Source of the DNA: Octopus vulgaris
Lineage: Eukaryota
Direction: 5' to 3'
DNA length: 64,000 nt
NCBI GenBank assembly: GCA_951406725.2
Contig: OX597822.1
Coordinates: forward strand, 88,660,001-88,724,000
Shown: piece by piece, positions 52,059 to 64,000 of the stretch
Numbering within the stretch: position 1 is the stretch's first letter
Layout: each line of letters opens with the position of its first letter
Program-made: the position numbers and the translations under genes
The notes under the pieces: generated by a model
Seen by the model: only the letters and a program-made list of their open reading frames with translations
Databases searched by the model: none
Told to the model about the DNA's origin: nothing

Positions 52059-53345
52059 TTGGGTTATCCCATAAATAATTCGGTTTTTTTATACTTCTCT
52101 TATTTTTCAATATTAAGATAAAAAAGTTCTTTTTTAATCTAAATTATACTCTCCTTCATTTTCTACAATGCTCTTCCATCTATCTGGTGGACTTGCAAGG
52201 CCCCTCTTCCAAAATTCACTTGTCTGTGATGAAAAATACTCCTCCAGTACTGTTCTGATCTCATCTACAGAATTCATATTTTTTCCATCCAAATGACTTT
52301 GAAGACTGCAGAATAAATGATAATCAGATGGGGCAATGTCAGTGAATATAGTGGGTGGGGCTTCAGCTCCCATTCAAACTGCTCCAGCCTTTGGAATGTC
52401 ATCTTCACTGTATATTGCCGAGCATTATCCTGATGGAGGAAGACCTTTCATCTTCAAACCAAAGATGGTCGTTTTCCTTCTAGTGCTAACTTCAGCCACT
52501 CAAGCTGCTAGCAGTAGATTTCCTTTCTTATCATTCAGTTTGGGTTTAAAAGTTCAAAGTCGACTAAACCTTTCATACCCCCACCAAATAGATAACAATA
52601 CCTTACATGGGTGAAGGCCTTCTTTAGCTTGGGGTGCCAGTATTTCTCCTTTCCCTACCCACTGTTTTCAGCACTTGACATTTTCATAGAGAACTCATTT
52701 CTCGTCACCAGTCACTATTCAATCCAAGAAAGGTTCATTCATGAGACGTGACAGCAAAGAAGAGCACCGATTTACTCTCTGCATGCGATTAGACTCAGAA
52801 AGTTTGTGAGGAACTCATTGACCCAATTTGCTTTCTTTTCCAATGGCACACTGGTGTTGATGAATGGCTGAATGACTAAATCCAAGCTTCTCTGCTAGTT
52901 CCTCAACAGTTACAATGGGACTTTGTTCCACCAGAGTTTGCAGGATATCCTCATCGAGCTCTACAGATCTTCCAGGACAAGGCTTGTCTTCTAGGCTGTA
53001 GAGTCCGGCTCAGAATTTCTGGAACCACTGTTGAAACTGGCTTACACTTATTGTCCGATCCCCAGGTACTGCATTAATATTTCTTGCACTCTCCATTGCG
53101 TTGTTGCCTTTATTGAACTCATAAAGCAAAATATGCTGAATATGCTCTTTTATCACTTCCATTATAACTTTGAAAAAATAACTGTTAAAATCGAACTGTA
53201 CTCTTCAAAACTTGCACTAAGAATAAGCGCAACGTAAAATTACTACCAGCTTTTATAGCAAGTTGATGCAGGTAGTTTATCACTTCCCCCTCCAACTTTT
53301 AGTTCATGTAATTGAAAAAACCGCATTATTTATGGGATGACCCAA
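52059..53345 (-). mobile_element. Full-length (~1.29 kb) mariner (DD34D) element with inactivated transposase
   Basis: Terminal inverted repeats ttgggttatcccataaataattcggtttttt and aaaaaaccgcattatttatgggatgacccaa|ta. Minus-strand motifs VPHKL, IVTGDEK and DIAPSDYHLFCSLQSHL are present with multiple stops. Confidence 0.9.
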
Positions 53346-53535
53346 TATATTGATTGCTAACATTGACACGAGATTATATTTCACACATGTGAAATATACT
53401 CTCTCCATTACTCAGGCTGCTTTCTAGGAGTGGTTGATAGTTCCTGTTACTTAGCGAACCTAAATAGCTGAAGTGAGTGAATATACTGAAATTATAGCTG
53501 CCAGAACAAGAACTGGCTGGAAAAATTCAGGGAGA

Positions 53536-54037
53536 TAGATTAGTAGTTAGCGACTTCAACATAGATTAGTAGTTAGTGACTTCAGGATCAGGGCTGAATG
53601 GATGCCCAGAAGAAGACCAGCCTGGAGGAGAAGGGTCTGGAAACTTAAAGATCCTGCAAATGGGCAGAGATTTAGAAATGTATTACTTGAAGCCTTTGAT
53701 GAAATAGAAGGGGATATAGCATCACATAATGTGGAAGACAACTGGAGGTTTCTACGGGACAACCTGCTGAGAGCCATTGACCAGATCTGTGGCTGGTGCA
53801 AAGTCCCCTCTCAACCCAAGGTAACGTGGTGGTGGAACAATGTGGTTGACAGGGCTATTAGACAAAAGAAACAGTTTTGGAAGGACTGGAAGAATGGAGG
53901 TAGCAGGGAATTGTATCAGACTGCCAGAAGGGAAGCTAGGAGACAGGTTTATTTAGCCAGAGGGGAAGCAGATAAGGAAAAATTTGCCAATGTTCTGCAC
54001 CGTGAGGACCAAAGACTTGAGGTATTTTGTGTTGCAA
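53536..54037 (+). mobile_element. RTE-clade LINE internal fragment (end of endonuclease plus linker)
   Basis: QHRLVVSDFR...VWKLKD...KVTWWWNNVVDRAIRQKK...YQTARREARRQV. A 24-bp tandem duplication marks the 5' junction. Confidence 0.75.
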
Positions 54038-54504
54038 GATTCTCTTCCTTTCATACTCACTGCTATTGTTCTTCCAGTGCAACTCAGGATGGCAGTGAAC
54101 ATCATCTCTTTAACACTCAACCTCTTTCTAGATAGACCTATTTTAATTTATATCTGGAATAATTTTTGAAAGCTAATTTTATGAAAAATATATCTACACC
54201 TTTGCATTTTTTTTTAACCTTTTGAGTCTGCAAGTTCTCTTTAGTGGGTGCTATTTTATTTGACTGTACACCTAGATGACCCAAAAGCAGGCAGCCACAT
54301 GGCTTTGTCCTTTTGGCTCACTAATTGGTAGAAATGTCATTATTTTCAGCCATAAACACAACACTATGTGGCCACTCACTTTTACATCTCCCAGGAGTAT
54401 ACTCAAACAAAATCATGCCCTCTAAAGTGTACTTGTTAGTTCAAAGAGTTTAGTTTCTGATATACAATTAATTAAGTTCTCTATTTTGTTACATTTTTAT
54501 TTAG

Positions 54505-54552
54505 GTTGACTTGGCTTCTGGCAGCAAATTCGAAGAGGCATACTATGCACAG
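54505..54552 (+). CDS. AUH: AUH exon 8
   Basis: VDLASGSKFEEAYYAQ; atttAG acceptor and GTAAAA donor. Confidence 0.94.
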
Positions 54553-55038
54553 GTAAAACCAGACTTTTGTGTTCCATTCATTGATATATGCTGAGATAAA
54601 GTTCTCAAATTATAAACATAATAAGTTTACAACTTGCAGTAATACTGTAAATAGGATGTTTAGCTCATGCTTATAGCCATAAGTTTGTGGATTCAATTCC
54701 CCAACTGGGCAGCATGCTGTGTCCTTGAGCAGAGTACTTCATTATTAGTGAAAAGTCAGAATAGCAAAGTATATAAATAAGTAGAAAATGGATCTCACGT
54801 AACAACATTGGTATGACCACAGGTTTAAGAAGTTCACTATGGAACTATGTGGTTCAAAGTTCCATCTCACTGCATGTCATATTGGACAAGTGTCTTCTAC
54901 CATAGGTCTGGATTGACCCAAATCCTGTGATTGAAGTTTGTAAGAAACTACATGGAACCTATTAAATGTTTGTGTGTGCATGTACTTGTATACAGTAGTC
55001 AGTATAGCAGTGATTGATAGATTATATATATATAAAAA

Positions 55039-57134
55039 TTACTGTTAATAAAAGCCAGGGTGTGTTGCATTTTGTTACTTAATAAATGAAAATAAACAAC
55101 AGCGAGTTAAAAAACATACAACATATACTGAGTGTACAACCGGATGGGAGACAGACACAGTTATCAATCAGATGGTATTACTCAGTTTTGCACCCTCAAT
55201 GATAAGACTAAGAACTTCCCAGGCTGGTGGTGCCCGCAAAAGTTGCAGAGAATATAGGGCCAAAGGCAAACAAAACAATACAGAGTGGGCATATGAAAGT
55301 GAATAAATGTAATTTAAGATAATGGACAAAGACAAAACAAACAAGAAACTAGCAAACTATAGCCTTAGGGCCAAAAAGATAAGACTTGTGGGTAATGCTT
55401 AGAAGGCATTCTAAAGGATTAGAAAACAACAAAGAGCAAGACAGTGGGACAGAGAATTCAGGACTGGTCAACTATGCAACTGGTGTGAAAAAGGGAGAGA
55501 AAGAAGAAGGGCTGGACATGGGTCATGTGTCAGCAGCAGGCAGAGGAAAAAGAGAGACAGACAGAAAAGAAGGGAAGGGATGAAGGGAGATAAAAGGAGC
55601 AAAGAGAAAGGCTAGAAATAGAAGAGGGTGAGAGGGAGTAAAAAGGAGAAAGAGGAAAGGCTAGAAATAGAAGTAAGATGGTGAGAGAGAGAGAAAAGAA
55701 GGAGAAAGAGTGAAGGTTAGAAACAGAGCTGCACAAATATATAACACTTACTGTTAATAAAAGCTGGTGTGCATTGTGTTCTCTTATTTAAATGAAAAAA
55801 TGCATTGTAAATAAACAACGACAGTAAAAAAACGTACAACGTATACTGAGTGTACAACCAGATGGGTGACAAAGACAGAAGGTCCCCAATTCTTCAGTTA
55901 TCAAGCAGATGGTATTATTCAGATCCACATCTCCAATGATAAGACTGAGAACATTCCATGCTGGCAGTGCCTGCGAAAGTTACAGACAATATAGAGCCGA
56001 GAGCAAATAAAACAATACAGAGAGGACACATGAAAGTGAATGTAATTTAAGACAATGGACAAAGACAAACCAAACAAGACACCAGCAAAACATAGCCTTA
56101 TCATCTTAAATTACATTTATTCACTTTCATATTGAACTCTGTATTGTTTTGTTTGCTCTTGGCAACTTTCGTGGGCGCTGCTAGCATGGGAAGTTCTCAG
56201 TCTCATCATTGAAGGTGCAAAACTGAGTAATACCATCTGGTTGATAACTGATGAAGAATTAGGGACCTTCTGTGTCTGTCTCCCATCCTGTTGTACACTC
56301 AGTATGCATTGTACATTTTTTACCCTGTCATTGTTTATTTACAATACATTTTATTAATTATTAAGTAACAGAATGCAATGCACACCAGCTTTTACTAACA
56401 GTAAGTTTTATATATATATATATATATCTGTGCAACTCTATTTCTAGCCTTCACTCTTTCTCCTTCTTTTCTCTCTCTCTCTCTCTCACTCACCATCTTA
56501 CTTCTATTTCTAACCTTTCCTCTTTCTCCTTTTCTCTCTCTCTCTCGCCCTCTTACTTCTATTTCTAGCCTTTCTCCTTTTTTCCACTTCATCCCTTCCC
56601 TTGTTTTCTCTCTGTCACTCTTCCTCTCCCTTGCTCTCTTTTTCCTCTGCCTGCTGCTGACACATGACCCATGGCCAGCCCTTCTTTCTCTCCCTTTTTC
56701 ATACCAGTTGCATAGTTGACCAGTCCTGAATTCTCTGTCCCACTGTCTTGCTATTTGTTGTTTTCTAATCTTTTAGAATGCCTTCTAAGTGTTACCCATC
56801 TTGTCTTTTTGGCCCTAAGGCTATAGTTTGCTAGTTTCTTGTTTTGTATTTGTCCATCGTCTTAAATGACATTTATTCACTTTTGTATGTCCACTCTGTA
56901 TGGTTTTGTTTGCTCTCAGCCCTATATTCTCTGCAACTTTCACAGGCACCACCAGCCTGGGAAGTTCTTAGTCTTATCATTGAAGGTGCAAAACTGAGTA
57001 ATACCATCTGGTTGATAACTGATGAAGAATTAGGGACCTTCTGTGTCTGTCTCCCATCCAGTTGTACACTCAGTATATGTTATACGTTTTTTACCTGTTG
57101 TTTGTTTATTTACAATACATTTTTCATTTATTAA
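55039..57134. repeat. ~2.1 kb palindrome with internal structure A-B-A' | rc(A')-rc(B)-rc(A)
   Basis: A 55039-55367, B ~55368-55740, A' 55748-56100, rcA' 56104-56405, rcB ~56426-56813, rcA ~56815-57134. For example, acagtgggacagagaattcaggactggtcaactatgcaactgg pairs with ccagttgcatagttgaccagtcctgaattctctgtcccactgt. Confidence 0.92.
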
Positions 57135-57154
57135 ATATATATATATATAATGTA

Positions 57155-58038
57155 CAGGGTGCGGTGAATAAACTGTTGTCTAAATTACGCAAAAATGAAA
57201 ATAACACTGACATCTCATTTTAACAGATATATTTACCAAAATTACATAAAAATATCTTGAAATACTAAAGAGTAAATTTATTCAATAAAATCACCATTGG
57301 CTTCAACCACAGGCTCCAGAAGACTTCAAAATCTTCTGCAACTCTTCTGGACAGTCTCCTTGTTTAAGCTGGTGAATACTGCCATAATCCTTGCCTTCAG
57401 TTCATCTTTGGTGTTATGAGGAGTTTTGTTGGTCTCTCACTCAACTGCGCCCCACACATAATGATCAAGTGGGTTGCTGTCTAGGGAGTTAGGTGACCAG
57501 ATGATAGGGGTGATGTGGTCGCAGAAATTGTCTGACAGCCATGACTGGGTTCTCTTGCTTGTATGGCATGGTGCAGAATCCTTTGCCGGACATTCGGTCT
57601 TCCAGCAGCCACCCTTTTGACCTAGGGCAGCACTACCTCCTCCAAGCACTTGATGTAGGCTTTTGTGTTGAGTCTGAGGCCATGTGGGAAGATGAATGGA
57701 GGCATAACATCACCATCACTAGTGATCACTCCAAACACCATGATGTTGACTGGATGTTTGATTTTTATCTCTTTCAGTACATGTCCTCAGATTGCACTGT
57801 CCTCAGATTGACACCCAAACACTCTGAAATGTTCGTATTGGAGCTTCTGGTGTGAATGCCAAGCAGTACAACATGTCGTTTCCAAATTTCTGCAGAGTGA
57901 ATTGCATCATGGTGTTGTTTTTCTTACAGTCGGTGCCCAACTGACCCTACTATACCATATAATCAACAAAATTAAAAACAAACAATGTGCGTGCGCAAAA
58001 TTAAAAATATAAAGTGACAATTTGCCCATCACACCCTG
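57155..58038 (-). mobile_element. Internally deleted Tc1/mariner (maT/DD37D-like) element
   Basis: Termini ta|CAGGGTGCGGTG...CATCACACCCTG|ta; minus-strand DSAPCHTSKRTQSWLSDNFCDHITPIIWSPNSLDSNPLDHYVWGAVE. Confidence 0.85.
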
Positions 58039-58100
58039 TATATATATATATATATATATATATCATCATCATCATCACGCTAAACGATGATGATGATGAT

Positions 58101-58136
<36 letters not shown>

Positions 58137-58654
58137 GCACATAGACTGCTAATCTCAAATTTTTTAATGTTGAATATGTCAAGTGGGTTGATACTTTTTA
58201 CTTACAATATCTTCACTATTTTCAGCCTAATTAAATATGCTTACAGTGAAGGCATAATGCCTACTACTTCAAACTCTGACTACATCATTTTATCACTTCA
58301 TTTCCTACTATAGATACACTTGAACAATGTTGGTTAGTGCTATTACCATCCACAATACAAACAATGAGGGAGACTTTATGCAGGTGCTCAATCTGCTAGA
58401 AATAGTCACCAAATCTGCCTCAAATTCCATCTTACCACGTTTAAAAATAAAAAAAAGAATGGCAAAGAAATCTGGTAATGTCACAGCAGGAGTGGCTTTG
58501 ATCATAGTGGCTATTCTCAATCAGACCTGGCCTGGTATTAATAACAACATCCGTCTGATACATACATAAAACTATAAGAAAAGTGGCCAATGCACTACCT
58601 TAATAAAGGAAAAGAAGAGAAAGTGAAGCTAATATTCTCTATTTGGTCTTTCAG

Positions 58655-58732
58655 GTAATTCCAACAAAAGACAGACTAGAAGGTTTGAAAGCATTCCGAG
58701 AAAAACGGCCACCAAAATTCATTGGAGAATAA
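58655..58732 (+). CDS. AUH: AUH exon 9 (last)
   Basis: [25 protein letters not shown]; ctttcAG acceptor. Confidence 0.96.
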   Translation, partial: VIPTKDRLEGLKAFREKRPPKFIGE

Positions 58733-59103
58733 ACAAGAAAATTTGAAGTTTGAATTCCTAGAAGTATTTCTGCAACTGAGTTTATTGTCGTGTTGAAGGA
58801 AGTCTAGAATTTCCTAAATCTTATTAAGCTAATTACTTAATAATCTGAAATTTTTGTGCATGGTTTATATATGATGATATATTACAAATCAACAAAAGCT
58901 ATCAATGAAAACTGAAATCCTCAACTATAATTGTAAACTGATAAACTGTTTACTATGATTGCTGATTAATTATAAATTCCTGAACGATATACATGTACAA
59001 ACTATGTCACACTTGGTGTATCTGTGTGTGTATGAAAGTATATGTGTATGTATATGTATGTATACATATATGTATATGTATGTATGCATATATATGTATG
59101 TAT

Positions 59104-59134
<31 letters not shown>

Positions 59135-59198
59135 AACACATACAAAAACAACCACACATGCACACATGTTCTGTATAATTATTCTTTGAAATTCATGG

Positions 59199-59311
59199 AA
59201 TAAATTTCTAATAATTGTTCAAATCTATTTTCAAAATACCAATTATGGTTGTCTTTTCTATCTACAGTCTCAAAAAGTTATAAAGTTATGAAATAGCAAT
59301 TTAATAATAAA
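59199..59311 (+). promoter_or_regulatory. Candidate AUH polyadenylation signals
   Basis: AATAAA at 59199-59204 and 59306-59311; the second is followed by a U/GU-rich tract. Confidence 0.4.
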
Positions 59312-61177
59312 TTTATTTTATTAAATTTTTTTTGTTTGTTTTTTGCAGTTATATCTATCTCCTCTACAGTAAGTCACTTGTCCCTGTTCTGTTTTACTTT
59401 AGGCTCTTAACACATGGCATAAAGTTACCTCTCCCTCTGCTACACCCCTGCTCAGTGAAGGCTTTTTTTTCCTTTTGCCTTGCAAGTTATTCAATGACCT
59501 CATTAATCCCAGTGCCATGAAAAATGTCAATAAGGGTATCCAACCATAGAAACTAAGCCAAAGCAGATATTGGAGCTCAATGCAGTTTTTCACTGCATCA
59601 GATTCTGTGAAACCATGTAATCCATACCAGCATGGAGGACAGAAGTTAAACGATGATTATGATGATGATTCTTGAGATTATGATGATGATTCATGAGATA
59701 ATGCAGGGTCTCTACGTAGTTGCCCAACCTGCTAGAAATAGTTGCTAAATTTTCCTTATATTGCACTCTACATCATCATTATCATTTAACATCCACTTTC
59801 CATGCTAGCATAGGTTAGACGATTTTGACTGAGGGCTGGCGAACCAGATAGCTGCACTAGGCTCCAATCTTGATTTGGCAGAGTTTCTACAGCTGGATGC
59901 CCTTCCTAACGCTAACCATTCCAATAGTGTAGTGGGTGCTTATCATGTGCCACCGGCACGGGGTCCAGTCAGGCGGTACTGGCATCGACCTCGCTCGAAT
60001 CGTTTTACACATGCCACCAGCACAGGTGCCAGTAAGGCGACGTTGGTAACGATCACACTCGAATGGTGCCCTTTTATGTGCCACCGGCACGGAAGCCATC
60101 TTTAAATGTAAGGACACACTGGATATTGTAGTTCTTCATATACTATATCTGAAGATATGGCTGGGAAGCCATATCAGGTTTGATGTGGTGTTAAGCATCA
60201 TCAATAAAGATATCAGTAAAAACAACACTTTAACATTGACTACAGTGATCCATACAAATATTTATAAGTGTAGTTGTTGTTCTGGAGAGGTTATGTCTGA
60301 CCACAATAATGGGTGAATGATACTGGTATGATGATGAAGCTGGAAGAACTGAAGGTTATTAGTGTGTTACAAAAATAACACTGCAGTGGATTGGTAGTAA
60401 TTTTCAAAATAAGTAAAGAGCTATGATGTTAGATGTCAAGTCTGAGGAAAGAAAAAGGGAATAGGTCCTGGAAGGCAAAATGGCAGTTCCATTCTAATTA
60501 TATTTTCCACTCCACCATGTTCTGGTGGACTGATTAGTGGGGCTGTTTCTTTGTTGGCAAGTGCATTTTATGTGGCCCTGGCACCTATAGACCTATAGAG
60601 CACAGGTCTATCAAAATTCTAGCTAGTAGGCTGGCAAGTTATCAAACCCCCCATCACCTTCCTTCATTATTTCCTGTGTTTCATGTTTAGAGAATATCAT
60701 TTAACAAACTCATTTTTTTTACATTTTAATGTTCAGCTGAGTAAACAGGAAAAAATCTATAAATTTGTTTGCTTTTTTATCTTTGATCACGTAAGTATAT
60801 TTTCTTTACTTTCTATTTTGTCAATAGACCTTTGTGTGCATATGGGCATGCGTACGTGTATTGCTGACGTTTCATACCACAGAATTAATCTCCTTTTGCA
60901 AACATCCATACTATTACAAATCATTTTTGAAGAGTAGAAAGGGAAAAAGAAGTAACCAGCTGTTACTCAACATTTCAATTTTGAGGTTTCTTTTCTGGAG
61001 TTAGCGATATAATAGATTTTAATATCTTTTGTCTTCTACTTTTTTCATTCATTCAACTGCAGCCATGCTGGGGCATTGTTTTGAAGGAGTCAGTCAAACA
61101 AATCAGACCTAGTATTTACTGATCTCTTTTGCCAAACTACTAAGTTACAGGGATGTAAACAAATCAACACCAGTTGT

Positions 61178-61226
<49 letters not shown>

Positions 61227-61527
61227 ATATACATATACAGTCAACAGATGAGATCCAGAGATTCTCAGTATAGAAGATACTAAGTAGTGCTCAAATGATT
61301 CAAACTTAGAATCCGATGTCTTTGCAGTGGATCAGTTTCACGGGGTAAAGAATGGCTATAAGATGGATCTAGCTGAGCAGATATGGAAGCAATTATGTGG
61401 ATAAACAAATTAGATATATTAACTATAACAGGTTTGGTATGAAATACAGAATATGTCTATAGGTATACATGCAAAACAAGAGAAAGCAGAAAGTGGAAAC
61501 TTTCAGACAATGAATAATTATGTATAC

Positions 61528-61816
61528 ATATCACCATGACCGACCAGACTATCAGATGTTGCTACACATCGCTGGTCACAATGCGCTTCGCATTGTTTTA
61601 GCCTTCAAATGACGCCACCCCGCTGGCTAAGTAAGCAGGCCAACAGAAGAAAGAGTGAGAGAAAGTTGTGACGAAAGAGTACAGCAGAGATCGCCACCTC
61701 CACCCTCCTGTCAGAGCCTCGTGGAGCTTCAGGTGCTCAATAAACACTCACAATGCCCAGTCTAGGAATCGAAACCGCGAGTCCGCTGCCCTAACCACTG
61801 GGCCATTGCACCTCCA
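61528..61816 (-). mobile_element. tRNA-derived SINE (fourth family)
   Basis: The minus-strand head tggaggtgcaaTGGCCCAGTGGttagggcagcggactcgcGGTTTCGATTCCtag has Pol III A and B boxes, followed by a non-tRNA body. Confidence 0.7.
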
Positions 61817-61835
61817 TATACTCTTTACACTTTTT

Positions 61836-62228
61836 TTACTCTTTTACTTGTTTCAGTCATTTGACTGCGGCCATGCTGGAGCACTGCCTTTAATCGAGCA
61901 ACTCGACCCCGGGGCTTATTCTTTGTAAGCCCAGTACTTATTCTATCGGTTTCTTTTGCTGAACCGCTAAGTTACGGGGACATAAACACACCAGCATCGG
62001 TTGTCAAGCAATACCTGGGGGACAAACACAGACACACACACATACATACATACATACATATATATATACCACGGGCTTCTTTCAGTTTCCGTCTACCAAA
62101 TCCACTCACAAGGCTTTGGTCGGCCTGAGGCTATAGTAGAAGACACTTGCCCAAGGTGCCACGCAGTGGGGCTGAACCCGGAACCATGTGGTTGGTTAAC
62201 AAGCTACTTACCACACAGCCACTCCTGC
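61836..62228 (-). mobile_element. tRNA-derived SINE, same family as 31467-31870
   Basis: Reverse complement of the 31467 copy along its whole length. Confidence 0.85.
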
Positions 62229-63309
62229 ACCTAAATATATAGATAGTTATCTTAATAGAGCCAACTTATACAGAGTACAAACGATAAAGAAAATTAAAGG
62301 GGAGGAAGAAAGGTGTTATAAGTCCAACAGCTGTTTCTGGGGGCTCACAGATCCATCATAATGTTGGTAGATGTAGTTCATCTGTAATGAAAGCAATCAA
62401 CATTGGATAAATCAAGCCTCTGTCATCAGGGTAGAAAAGCTCTTACATTTTAGATCATAATGCAGCGAAGTTCAAAGGTGGAATGATTGAATAGGGAGAG
62501 CAAGCCATATTAGAGGCAGAAAGTAGGAGGGCCAATGGGGTTATGAGGAGCGTTAAGGCAGAGAATGGTGAGAGGAGGTAAGAGAGTTAGTTCAAGAAGA
62601 GGGCAGGAGTTAATAATGAGGGTATTAAGAGATGTGGAGAATTGGGAGATGAGTGGGGGGGTAGTAATTGAAGGGTGGTTAGTTGTTGTTGGATCTGTGT
62701 ATAGGTTTCAAAGTTTAGGAATGATAGCTATAGAATTATTAGAAGTTGAGATTGTGAGAAAAGGGATGGCAATTATTTGAAGGAGGAAAAGTGTCTAATT
62801 TGGTAACAGAAGATTACTAAGGTATGTAGAATCCTTCTAAGTACAGGAAGCATGAGATCCTACATTTCGTACCACCTTTCTCCTTCCAAGGTAAATCTCT
62901 ACCCAAACTTTTCTTTAAAATCCTAAACTCTAACTTCCCAGTGCAGCATAAATACTACTCTATCTTCAATAAATCATTTATTAAAATCTCCTGTTCCACC
63001 TCACCTAATTTAGGATCCATAATTACCTCCTGTAACAGATGCAAGCTATAACACCAATTTTTGAGAACCTATCATTTATCCCACTGCACCCCACCTTGTG
63101 GCAATAATACAACCCTTAGTGACCCCACTCAACTCAATAATACCAACCTCAAGGCATCTCCCCACAATACTACCCATATGACCACATATACCAGTGGATA
63201 TATAAATTCTCACTTGAACACCGATACCAATTATATCTCTAGTTCTTCTCTACTGACAACAGACCATAGGAACCTGACTTCTCCAGCGGTAAACTTCAAC
63301 CACAGATCA

Positions 63310-63620
63310 GGTAGGAAAACTTGCAATTGTCAGGTGTCTCATCCCTGCCCTCTTAGAGTCTACAAGTACTGAATTATAACACTATGGTCACACCAAGCAA
63401 GGGTCTATATTGGTGGCACTGTTGATTTCAAGAGCTGCTACCCGACATGCATGAACTCTTTCTCCAACTAAATCCTAAATTATCTATCTCATTAGCAACT
63501 TATATACACAACCTCAGATCCCAAAATGTTCCCTAAACCCTATCCTGGTCCATAGTATGTGAGGCTCCTCCATACAACACAAATTTTGGCATTTGTAAAT
63601 TGTGTTTAAGGGAATCACTG
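63310..63620 (+). mobile_element. Penelope-like element GIY-YIG endonuclease remnant
   Basis: CNCQVSHPCPL...VYIGGTVDFKS...WSIVCEAPPYNTNFGICKLCLRES, with frameshifts. Confidence 0.6.
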
Positions 63621-64000
63621 ATGACGACAATGATGACAATAATGGCAACGATAATAACAATGATGATGGTGATGATGATCGCAAAGTTTCTGAACTATCT
63701 GCTCAGAATTTTTGTTTAAAACATGTGTATTTTGAACAAAATTCCATGTATTTAACATAGATGCAGGTATACCCAAGTGGTTAAAAAACTTAATTTGTAA
63801 TCATGAGTTTCTAAGTTCAATTCTACAGCAGGACATATTGGACAGGCAGTTTTCATCATAGCTCTATGTTCACGTAGGTCTTATGAATGGAATTCAATAG
63901 CTGGAAACTGTGTAGAAACCTGTCAGATGAGTTGTACCTGTATTTCAAAGGTCAACCTTTATTATATCATGTCACACCGATATTACTGTAGGTGCAGTTG

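Larger units (their letters stand above)
36616..58732 (+). other. AUH: AUH gene span: mitochondrial methylglutaconyl-CoA hydratase (crotonase fold), 9 coding exons, 304 aa
   Basis: Exon lengths 157+68+88+180+57+188+51+48+78 = 915 nt. All introns are GT-AG with matching phases. Motifs [41 protein letters not shown] and [19 protein letters not shown] are present. Confidence 0.96.

Noticed and set aside
61750-61816. tRNA-like sequence with A and B boxes, also at 4203 and 31467
   Set aside because: No complete cloverleaf; each continues into a SINE body.

Overview
Eukaryotic, AT-rich, repeat-dense DNA. The SINE families, (TA)n/(CA)n microsatellite load and intron sizes suggest an octopus or other cephalopod genome (inference). 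The supplied ORF track is mostly noise because the real genes are spliced. Hand-splicing recovers two complete, frame-consistent 9-exon genes for mitochondrial proteins, arranged head-to-head with 331 bp between their start codons. PARL (rhomboid protease) is on the minus strand at 16498-36284 (349 aa). AUH (methylglutaconyl-CoA hydratase) is on the plus strand at 36616-58732 (304 aa). The first coding exon of a third, unidentified minus-strand gene lies at 104-268. The rest is mostly decayed mobile DNA: Tigger/pogo, Penelope-like, L1/Tx1 and RTE LINEs, a Chapaev3-type element with both termini, mariner and maT-like elements, Helitron/Helentron-type non-autonomous elements, hairpin MITEs and many SINEs. 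I found no clear novel multi-gene system. The most interesting observations are a ~2.1 kb palindrome in the last AUH intron, the compact PARL-AUH divergent promoter, loss of the RNA-binding lysines in AUH, and a competing frameshifting splice donor in PARL.
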